From the IMG/VR virus record IMGVR_UViG_2571042438_000008: DNA of 47,797 bases; one strand, written 5' to 3'. This DNA is from a virus. Lineage: Duplodnaviria; Heunggongvirae; Uroviricota; Caudoviricetes. Each line of letters opens with the position of its first letter. Position 1 is the stretch's first letter. Positions 40,588 through 47,797 of this stretch are shown piece by piece. Under the pieces are notes generated by a model, which saw only the letters and a list, made by a program, of their open reading frames with translations, had not been told where the DNA came from and searched no databases. The translations under genes were made by a program, and so were the position numbers.

Positions 40588-40736
40588 GTTTTGATGAGCA
40601 AAAACCTATTGATAAGCAAATAATGAGGGCCGCGAGTTCTCTATCTCAATCATCTCAATCAACACCTATATCCTACTGGCTTTCGCTTCGGTTGAGGCGA
40701 ATCGTCGCATGGATTGACGTGTTTAATGAGGATTAA
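40306..40736 (+). CDS. Tail assembly chaperone, -1 frameshift product (gpE+E-prime-like)
   Basis: TTTTTTG at 40572-40578. The -1 frame is open from there (..FFALVGFDEQKPID..) to 40736, just before the tape-measure start. Confidence 0.7.
40572..40578 (+). other. Programmed -1 ribosomal frameshift slippery site TTTTTTG
   Basis: Same heptamer and same position as the P2 E/E+E-prime frameshift. Confidence 0.7.
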
Positions 40737-40741
40737 TACTA

Positions 40742-43534
40742 ATGGCCAGCAATAAGAACTTTAAGCTGGCTTTTGAAATTGGCGGCAAAGTTGCCGCCTC
40801 TCTCCCCAAAAGTTTTACTACAGCTAATCAGGCTGTTGCTAAATTAAATGCCGAGCTTGCTGGATTAACGAAAGAACATGGGGAAATTCAAAAGCTACAA
40901 TCTGTAAAAGTAAAGGTTGGACAGACTGCCCTCGAATATCATAAAGCTGCCGCTCGCGTTGAAGAGTTACAGAAGCAAATAAAAAACACGGCCAATCCAA
41001 CCAGAGCGATGCTTCGTGACTTTGAGAAGGCAAAAACACATTCATCGAATTTACGAGCATCACTACGTTCTCAGCGTGAAGAACTGGCCGCTTTAAAGTC
41101 TGCCTATCAGGGAGCTGATACATCTGCCAGAGCTTTGGCCTCAAGAGAGAAAGAGCTTAAAGCCAGCATTGATCGTAATCGTGAGGCTCAGGCCCGTAGC
41201 GTTGAGCAGGTTAACCGCTACAGAACGGCTTTGGCTTTAGCCAGAGCAAATGTTCAGCAAGTGAAAAAACAGCAGGAGGAACTTAACCGGGCATTAGAAA
41301 AACAACGTATTGATAAAATTAACAGCTATAAAAATGCGTTGGCTGAAGCACGGAAAAATGTTCTTGCAGTAAAACGTGCTCAGGAGGAGTTAAACCGCGC
41401 GTTGGAAAGGCAGCGTGAATTGAAGCGAGAGCATCTTGGTGAGGCAAAGAGTCAACTTGTAAGGTCAGGATTACAAACTGGTGCTGTAGCGGCTGGTGCA
41501 TTTGCTGCTGCTAACAATGCAGCAAATTTCAATCGTGAAAACAAAATGATTGGTCTTACGGCAGATATGAAGCCGGAAGAAGTTCAGGCGATGGGGCAGG
41601 CGATGCTTGTTACCGGAACGGCTACCAACCAGTTTGCATCTGATATTCAGGCCGCTCAGGGTTTTCTCGTCGCTGCTGGGCAGGATTATAAAGAGGCTCA
41701 GGCGAATCTACTAACTATTGGGCGAACAGCTACAGCTACTGGCTCTGATATCCTCGATGTCTCGAAAGCATCATTTACATTAAGTGACTCATTGAAGATT
41801 GATCCATCTCAAATGAAGTCTGCAATGGGGATTCTGGTTCAGGCAGGGAAAGAGGGGAACTTTGAATTTAAAGATATGGCCAAAAATCTTCCTGTGCTTG
41901 GTGCTCAGTTCCAGGCATTAAAAATGGGAGGTAAAGAAGCAGCCGCGACGATGGGTGCAGCTTTGCAGATAGCTCGCAAGGGGGCTGCAACTTCGGATGA
42001 GGCTGCTAATAATATGAACAACTTTTTGGCAAAAATACTTTCCCCTGAAACACTAAAAAAAGCAAAGAAAAATTTCGGTGTAGATTTATATAAAATTGTT
42101 ACAACAGCGCAGAAAAAAGGGAAGAATCCATTCGAAGCTGCAATGCATTCTGTCATGAAAATGACTAAGAACGGAGATCAGAAGTTACTTGGTGAACTAT
42201 TTGGCGATATGCAGGTTCAGAACTTTGTTCGTCCGATGATTCAAAACTGGAAGGAATACCAGAGAATCAAAGCAACATCTCTTGGAGCTGGAAGTGCTGT
42301 TATTGACCGCGATTTTGCCAACATAACGAAAGATAATGCGGAGCGATTGAAACAATTACGTATTCAGGCTAGCAATGCATCATTAAGTTTTGGTCAGGCC
42401 TTGCAACCTGCTTTGAATGCCGCGCTTAGTGTTTTGGTTCCGCTGATTACAAAAATTAGTGAATTTGTAGCTAACAACCCCAATTTTGTGTCTCAGATAG
42501 TGATGGCGGCAGGTGCGTTTCTAACCATGAAAAGTGTGGTTATAGCGTGTAGGGTAGCTATGCTGGCTTTATCTGTAGCGACAAAGCTAACACCCTTCGG
42601 GTGGATTCAGATGGCTATATCTGCGCTGGTTGCCGCAGGAATATTGCTCTATCAGAATTGGGATAAGATCAGAGATTATGCTGTCAGAGTTTGGCCTTCT
42701 GTTAAGGAATATACAGTTAAATCATTTGAGGCTATAAAAAACTTTATCTTAAACTTTGACCTCAATGGATGGATTATATCTATGTTTGGTAAAGCATGGG
42801 ATTATCTTTCCAACATAAACTGGAGTTCGGCAGGTGTAAGAATTTACAGTACATTAATTAGTGCTTTTAAATGGATGTCTCCGCTTCCGTTCTTAATTAA
42901 AGCATTTAAAATTACAACAAATTACCTTTCTGGCATTAACTGGAGCGAAACAGGAAAGAAAATCATAGATACACTGGTATCTGTTTTTATGCGTTTTTCA
43001 CCAGTTGGACTCTTTATAAGAGCATTCCAATCTGTAACGACTTATTTATCTGGAATAAACTGGAGTGAGTCAGGCGCAAAAATAATTGAGACGTTAATCA
43101 CTGGGATAAAATCAAAAGCAAATGCTTTAATTAATGAAGTGAAAGGCGTTTTTTCTTCTGTACGTGAGTATTTACCGTTCTCTGACGCGAAAAAAGGTCC
43201 ATTCTCACAGCTAACAAAGTCAGGTGGTGCAATAATGACTACTCTGGCATCAGGTGTTAGCAGGAATAACAGCTTACAGAATGCAATAGCAAGCAAGTTC
43301 GGGCAATCAAATTTATCACCTCACGGGATATCTGCCGCCGGGACTTCTGGACCTCGCCAGAACGTTAACGCTGTGACTGGTGGAATAACCTATTCACCTG
43401 TAATCAATCTTCCGGCTGGTTCACCAAAGGAAACTGAGGCGGCAGCTAAAAGAGCATTAGATGCGGGATATTCTGATTTTGAGAAGAAATTGAGTGCTCA
43501 TATGTTCCAACAACGGAGATTAAGTTTTGGATGA
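40742..43534 (+). CDS. Tail tape measure protein
   Basis: 930 aa with an N-terminal coiled coil, a central TM-like hydrophobic block and repeated WS..G motifs. It follows the chaperone pair. Confidence 0.9.
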   Translation: MASNKNFKLAFEIGGKVAASLPKSFTTANQAVAKLNAELAGLTKEHGEIQKLQSVKVKVGQTALEYHKAAARVEELQKQIKNTANPTRAMLRDFEKAKTHSSNLRASLRSQREELAALKSAYQGADTSARALASREKELKASIDRNREAQARSVEQVNRYRTALALARANVQQVKKQQEELNRALEKQRIDKINSYKNALAEARKNVLAVKRAQEELNRALERQRELKREHLGEAKSQLVRSGLQTGAVAAGAFAAANNAANFNRENKMIGLTADMKPEEVQAMGQAMLVTGTATNQFASDIQAAQGFLVAAGQDYKEAQANLLTIGRTATATGSDILDVSKASFTLSDSLKIDPSQMKSAMGILVQAGKEGNFEFKDMAKNLPVLGAQFQALKMGGKEAAATMGAALQIARKGAATSDEAANNMNNFLAKILSPETLKKAKKNFGVDLYKIVTTAQKKGKNPFEAAMHSVMKMTKNGDQKLLGELFGDMQVQNFVRPMIQNWKEYQRIKATSLGAGSAVIDRDFANITKDNAERLKQLRIQASNASLSFGQALQPALNAALSVLVPLITKISEFVANNPNFVSQIVMAAGAFLTMKSVVIACRVAMLALSVATKLTPFGWIQMAISALVAAGILLYQNWDKIRDYAVRVWPSVKEYTVKSFEAIKNFILNFDLNGWIISMFGKAWDYLSNINWSSAGVRIYSTLISAFKWMSPLPFLIKAFKITTNYLSGINWSETGKKIIDTLVSVFMRFSPVGLFIRAFQSVTTYLSGINWSESGAKIIETLITGIKSKANALINEVKGVFSSVREYLPFSDAKKGPFSQLTKSGGAIMTTLASGVSRNNSLQNAIASKFGQSNLSPHGISAAGTSGPRQNVNAVTGGITYSPVINLPAGSPKETEAAAKRALDAGYSDFEKKLSAHMFQQRRLSFG

Positions 43535-43745
43535 TTATAGAACGGTTCAAGGGGACTCATGGGATAGTATCGCTTTAAAGTTGTATGGTAATGAGTACCT
43601 GTCTTATCTTCTTATTGATGCTAATACTGAGCACCGCTTTACGGTGCTTTTTTCTGCGGGAATTATTCTTAAAGTTCCTGATGCTCCGGTTATGCCAATA
43701 TCAGTAAACAATTTTCCTCCGTGGAGACGCAATAGTGTTACGTAA
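43527..43745 (+). CDS. Tail protein X-like (LysM domain)
   Basis: YRTVQGDSWDSIALKLYGNEYLSYLLIDAN..ILKVP is a LysM pattern, as in P2 gpX. Confidence 0.7.
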   Translation: MDDYRTVQGDSWDSIALKLYGNEYLSYLLIDANTEHRFTVLFSAGIILKVPDAPVMPISVNNFPPWRRNSVT

Positions 43746-44736
43746 AACGCTTTTTGATGTTATATATCAGAATGTAAATATTACCGCTCATATGTCACCT
43801 GATGTTTTGTCAATGTCTTATACAGATAATGAAGATGGTCAGGTCGATGATATTTCTATTATATTAAAAAATGATGATGGGAAATGGTCTGGAGACTGGA
43901 CACCTAAAAAGGGTGATTTTATTGATTTGAGCTTTAAGCCTATAAATCAAATCGTCCTTGAGTGCGGGAAATTCCAGGTAGATGGCATAACTTGCTCTGG
44001 ACCACCTTCTGTGGTTGAGGTAACTGCTGTTTCTGTTCCTATTTCATCAGGCATTAGACGTGATTTAAAAAGTAATGCATGGGAAAAAACAACTCTTAAA
44101 GATATAGCAACTTCTATAGCTAAATTAGCTAACCTTGAACTGTTGTTTCTTATTGATGGTGATAGTAATCCATATTATGCACGTGAAGATCAAATGGAGG
44201 AAAGCGATTTAAAATTTCTCCATCGACTTTGCCAGGATGAAGGGTTGTCGTTAAAGGTCACTGATAGCCAATTAATAATATTTGCTCAAGAGATGTTTGA
44301 GCAAAAAGATCCTATCGCTACGCTTACGTTAGGTATTGATGAGATAATCAGATATAGCTTTAGCACACAATCTACAGATTTGTATAAAAGTTGCACGTGC
44401 AAATATCGCGTACCTAAAAAAAGAAAGTCGCTTTCGTATACTTGGGTAGATCCATCCGTAGAAGAAGGGTCGAATCTTAAGATAAGAAAACTGGTAGCTA
44501 ATTTAGATGAAGCAAAACGTAAGGCAAAGGCTGCTTTGCGGCTTAAAAATAGATATCAAAATACCGGATCTTTAGTATTGGTTGGAGACACCAGATTGGT
44601 AGCTGGTGTAACTATAAATCTGGAGGGATTCGGTTCATTTTCTGGAAAATATCTTATATCGAAAGCTGTGCATTCAATTGGGACTAGTGGTTATACCACC
44701 TCGATTGATGTCCGAAGAGTAATTAATGGGTATTAA
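43735..44736 (+). CDS. Baseplate hub / late control gpD-like protein
   Basis: 333 aa, positioned after X and before the spike. The size and position fit gpD/Mu gp44-type proteins. Confidence 0.65.
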   Translation: MLRKTLFDVIYQNVNITAHMSPDVLSMSYTDNEDGQVDDISIILKNDDGKWSGDWTPKKGDFIDLSFKPINQIVLECGKFQVDGITCSGPPSVVEVTAVSVPISSGIRRDLKSNAWEKTTLKDIATSIAKLANLELLFLIDGDSNPYYAREDQMEESDLKFLHRLCQDEGLSLKVTDSQLIIFAQEMFEQKDPIATLTLGIDEIIRYSFSTQSTDLYKSCTCKYRVPKKRKSLSYTWVDPSVEEGSNLKIRKLVANLDEAKRKAKAALRLKNRYQNTGSLVLVGDTRLVAGVTINLEGFGSFSGKYLISKAVHSIGTSGYTTSIDVRRVINGY

Positions 44737-44738
44737 TT

Positions 44739-45359
44739 ATGAATGATTTAGAAACATTATTACGTCAGACTATAAGAGTTGGCGTTGTTTCTGATATTGA
44801 TGATGGTGATGTTACAGCAAGAGTTACTTTCGATGATCAGGATAACGTCACTTCGGCAAAGTTATCAGTTATTGTGAAAAATACAGATAAGAATGCTGAT
44901 TACTGGATGCCAGATATTGGTGAGCAAGTTTTGTGTATCTTTCATCCCGCGGGGCCGCAACAAGGTTTTATTCTTGGTAGTTTTTATGATGAAACACAGA
45001 AGCCGCCATCTAATACTGTTAATAAACGCGTCATTAGATTTAATAACGGAACTCGTATTGAGATAGACAGAGAATCTAATTTACTCCTTGTTGATGCTGT
45101 CGGAGATGTAACCATTAAGGCTACAGGAACCGTAACTATTGATGCTCCAGAAACCATCATTACCGGAAATGCTACAGTTGAAGGATTACTAACCTTCAAA
45201 GGTGGAATGAAAGGATCTTCTGCTGGAGGTGTTGCAGCTACAATTTCTGGGAATGTTAAGGTTGTTGGTGGTGATATAGATGTTGATGGGATTAAATCTA
45301 AAGGCCACCATCACACAGCTCAGGGGGAATACGCTCCGACAACGGAGGCTCAGGCATGA
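44739..45359 (+). CDS. Baseplate central spike (P2 gpV-like)
   Basis: An OB-fold-like N-terminus (RVGVVSDIDDGDVTARVTFDD), a beta-helical repeat region and a C-terminal His-rich apex (KGHHHTAQG). Confidence 0.7.
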   Translation: MNDLETLLRQTIRVGVVSDIDDGDVTARVTFDDQDNVTSAKLSVIVKNTDKNADYWMPDIGEQVLCIFHPAGPQQGFILGSFYDETQKPPSNTVNKRVIRFNNGTRIEIDRESNLLLVDAVGDVTIKATGTVTIDAPETIITGNATVEGLLTFKGGMKGSSAGGVAATISGNVKVVGGDIDVDGIKSKGHHHTAQGEYAPTTEAQA

Positions 45360-45823
45360 TTGTGGGTATGCTTGGTACAATGCCTTTTGTTGCCTCATCA
45401 ATAGTGGTGAATACGTTCAACAATTTTAAAAGGACGTCAAAGCGTCGTGTAGCGCGCCATGATGTTATTGGGCTTAAACCTGTTCTGGAGGATATAGGTC
45501 CAGATCTGGATGAAGTTAGTTTTAATATGCGGTTGGATACAACACTTGGCATTGTTCCATTGGCTGCGCTTTCATTACTTAGGACAATGCAATCAATTCA
45601 GGAAGTAAATCCTGTTGTAATTGGTATTCAGTATTTTGGTAATTTTATAATTACAGATATAGAGGAATCATGGACTTATTTCGGTCCAACTGGGAATCCA
45701 CGAGTGATTATCGTCGGCATTAAATTACAGGAAGTCGGACAGACCTCTCTGAAAGAAGCATTAGTTGATATTGCTGGCAATATAGAGTCAAAAACTAGAA
45801 GTGCGTTAGGTAAATTATTATGA
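45356..45823 (+). CDS. Tail protein, P2 gpU-like
   Basis: ..RRVARHDVIGLKPVLEDIGPDLDEVSFNMRL..LLRTMQS..PVVIG..GNFIITDIEESWTYFGPTGNPRVIIVGIKLQEV follows the GpU family pattern as I recall it. Confidence 0.55.
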   Translation: MIVGMLGTMPFVASSIVVNTFNNFKRTSKRRVARHDVIGLKPVLEDIGPDLDEVSFNMRLDTTLGIVPLAALSLLRTMQSIQEVNPVVIGIQYFGNFIITDIEESWTYFGPTGNPRVIIVGIKLQEVGQTSLKEALVDIAGNIESKTRSALGKLL

Positions 45824-46140
45824 ATAATACGTTTACCATATCATCACCTTCTTACTCGATTGATTGGTCGCCCAAAACAGTTGTAGAAGAAGTTTTGCAA
45901 AATGTCTCTACTATTATTAATACTCAAATTGGCACTGTACCATATGCCAGAAAATTAGGAATTAATTCAAGTCTTGTTGATAGCCCTAGTCCAATTTTTA
46001 TTGCTACAGCAACACGAGAAATAATTCAAAAAATTAGTGAGTTTGAGCCTAGAGCGATTATCCATTCTGTTACTTTTGAAAGAACGGACGTTTCTGATGG
46101 TTTTATTAGGCCAAAACTTGTGATAGGAGTTAGAGAATGA
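45820..46140 (+). CDS. Baseplate wedge protein (GPW/gp25 family)
   Basis: 106 aa immediately upstream of the J-like gene. ..VLQNVSTIINTQIGTVPYARKLG.. is a gp25-like pattern. Confidence 0.75.
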   Translation: MNNTFTISSPSYSIDWSPKTVVEEVLQNVSTIINTQIGTVPYARKLGINSSLVDSPSPIFIATATREIIQKISEFEPRAIIHSVTFERTDVSDGFIRPKLVIGVRE

Positions 46141-47261
46141 CGTTGCCGCGTGGTGGTTTGCCAGATATTACTTTCGCAGATTCTAACCCGACTGATATAA
46201 CAACTCGTTCAATCAGGGCTTTTGAGAGTATAACAGGTGAAACATTAGCACCTGCTGATCCACGTAGATTATTCATCTTATCATTGTGTGAGATTATTAT
46301 ACAGCAAAGAAAAGCTATCGATTTTTCTGCAAAACAAAACCTTCTTACATATGGTGAAGGTGAATATCTCGACCATATAGGCTATCTGACGGATACGCCT
46401 AGGCTGGAAGCTCAATCTGCCTTGACTACATTTGAGTTTAATCTGTCAACAAAATTATCGGGGATATATACAATACCTGCTGGCACTCAAGTTTCAACTG
46501 GAAATGGTGTTATTTTCCAAACAGATATTTTGTTGGAAATACCTGCTGGGAAAACAGTTGGTACAGTCTCAGGATATGCTGTTATACCTGGTTTATCTGG
46601 GAATGGCTTTTTACCAGGGCAAATAAATGAGTTGGTGACTCCGTTGCCGTATGTTTCCAGCGTAAGGAATGTAACAACATCTAATTCTGGTGCTGATACG
46701 GAGTCAGATGATAATTATGCTGAAAGAATAAAACTGTCGCCGGAAAAACTGTCTACAGCAGGGCCGGAGGATTCTTATAAATATTGGACAAGAACAGCCA
46801 ATCAGAATATAAAAGATGTGAATGTATATACACCATCGCCCGGAATTGTAGAAATCCGTTCTTTGTTAGAGAACGGAGATATACCTTCTAATGAACTATT
46901 AGAGCAGATAAATAGCGTTCTCTCTGCAACTAATATTCGACCATTCACAGATAAAGTTCTTGTTAAGAAACCAGAGAGCATTGAATACGATATAATAATT
47001 AAATACTGGATTAACTCATCGGACAAAAACAGAACAACTTTAATTCAAAGTGAGGTTGAGAAAGCTATTGATGAGTATAAACAATGGCAACGTTCGGTTA
47101 TGGGAAGAGATATAAATCCAGATGAAATTATTCAACGTTTAAAAAATGCTGGGGCTAAAAGATTAGAAATATCAAGTCCTGTTTTTACTGTGATTGGAGA
47201 GACACAGGTCGCCAGAGAGAGAAATATAAATTGCCAGTATGCGGGGTTAGAGGATGGCTGA
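46137..47261 (+). CDS. Baseplate protein J-like
   Basis: 374 aa, with position and size matching P2 J / Mu gp47. Confidence 0.8.
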   Translation: MTLPRGGLPDITFADSNPTDITTRSIRAFESITGETLAPADPRRLFILSLCEIIIQQRKAIDFSAKQNLLTYGEGEYLDHIGYLTDTPRLEAQSALTTFEFNLSTKLSGIYTIPAGTQVSTGNGVIFQTDILLEIPAGKTVGTVSGYAVIPGLSGNGFLPGQINELVTPLPYVSSVRNVTTSNSGADTESDDNYAERIKLSPEKLSTAGPEDSYKYWTRTANQNIKDVNVYTPSPGIVEIRSLLENGDIPSNELLEQINSVLSATNIRPFTDKVLVKKPESIEYDIIIKYWINSSDKNRTTLIQSEVEKAIDEYKQWQRSVMGRDINPDEIIQRLKNAGAKRLEISSPVFTVIGETQVARERNINCQYAGLEDG

Positions 47262-47797
47262 TATCTTTAATGTTAGCTTGTTGGATGTTTTACCTCCTAA
47301 CTTAGCTAGCGATCCCAACGTGATAGCTATGTCGAAAGCTATTGATGATGAACTACAAGCAATTAACAATTTAATATATAAGACAGAAATATATAGCGTT
47401 GTTGATAACCTGGACTCAGTTGTTCTCGATCATTTAGCTTGGCAATGGAATGCTGATACATGGAGGGATAGTTGGCCTGTATTGTTAAAGCGTTCTGTTT
47501 TTAAATCAATAATACGAACAAAGCGAATAAAGGGTACAAGGGCAGCGGTTGAAGATGTAGTAAATAGCTTGGGTGGAGAGGTAAACATAACAGAATGGTT
47601 TGAAACATCACCACCTGGCGAACCATATACAGCCTCAATTGTTGCTTCGATTAACTCTTTTGATGGTGCTGTTCCTTCGAAAGAGATGTTGGAGGATACG
47701 TTAAGAAGTATCAAGAGTGCAAAGTCGGCAAGAACACTATTTACATTTTCGCAAGCAACCAATGTTTCAGGTGGTGTTGGTATTGTCGGTGCTTTCC
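47254..47797 (+). CDS. Tail protein, P2 gpI-like (N-terminal part; runs off the window end and continues at 2..289); not in the supplied ORF track
   Basis: ATG 47254 overlaps the J stop. It translates MADIFNVSLLDVLPPNLASDPNVIAMSKAIDDEL..LDHLAWQWNADTWRDSWP..KRIKGTRAAVEDVVNSLGG, which is a gpI-family pattern. No stop is reached before the window end. Confidence 0.75.
   Translation, partial: MADIFNVSLLDVLPPNLASDPNVIAMSKAIDDELQAINNLIYKTEIYSVVDNLDSVVLDHLAWQWNADTWRDSWPVLLKRSVFKSIIRTKRIKGTRAAVEDVVNSLGGEVNITEWFETSPPGEPYTASIVASINSFDGAVPSKEMLEDTLRSIKSAKSARTLFTFSQATNVSGGVGIVGAF
47547..47797. repeat. Terminal overlap: exact copy of bases 1-251 (circular assembly artefact or circular permutation)
   Basis: Read directly: both segments start GGTTGAAGATGTAGTAAATAGC and end ..GTCGGTGCTTTCC. 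Confidence 0.95.

Noticed and set aside
1-47797. Search for LexA boxes (CTGT-N8-ACAG), integrase/att sites, CRISPR arrays, reverse transcriptase (retron/DGR) and IS elements
   Set aside because: None were found by eye. Several CTGT-containing sites (for example 12128 and 36610) lack the ACAG partner. The only repeats are the regulatory families, the 30-bp tandem repeat in ant and the terminal overlap.

Overview
The window is one closed circular phage genome. Bases 1-251 are repeated exactly at 47547-47797, giving a 47,546-bp unit. I read it as a temperate myovirus that is maintained as a plasmid (a phage-plasmid). No integrase or att site is visible. The maintenance backbone has an IncFII-type repA with a CopA-like antisense hairpin region, a perfect DnaA box in an AT-rich origin, a type Ib parA plus small RHH partner, a dif/cer-like XerCD site and a higBA-like addiction module. 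The phage part has these modules: (1) a CI-like repressor and a divergent Cro-like gene; (2) an antirepressor operon behind a long ORF-free structured leader, with a layout like P1 immI; (3) a Q-like antiterminator; (4) a lysis cassette of holin candidates, GH108 endolysin and overlapped spanins; (5) a tRNA with anticodon CAU that looks like tRNA-Ile2; (6) a lambda-like packaging and head module (Nu1-like TerS, GpA TerL, W, portal, ClpP-like protease, D-like, E-like); (7) a P2/Mu-like contractile tail with a TTTTTTG -1 frameshift chaperone, a mosaic tail fibre and Tfa. The points most worth a second look are regulatory: (a) a 102-bp promoter-leader cassette present three times at about 99% identity, whose spacer palindrome recurs in a fourth promoter; (b) a family of about 30-bp AT-only boxes at eight operon boundaries, including the par locus; (c) four perfect ACCAC-N5-GTGGT palindromes that link the cI/cro switch to the repA control region; (d) a candidate divergent type I toxin/sRNA pair sharing a 15-nt exact complementarity; (e) a c4-like structured RNA upstream of the ant operon; (f) two paralogous ParB/Srx-fold proteins plus a ParB-N::SAM-methyltransferase fusion bracketing the presumed packaging site. 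All homology statements come from reading motifs by eye and from memory. No searches were run.
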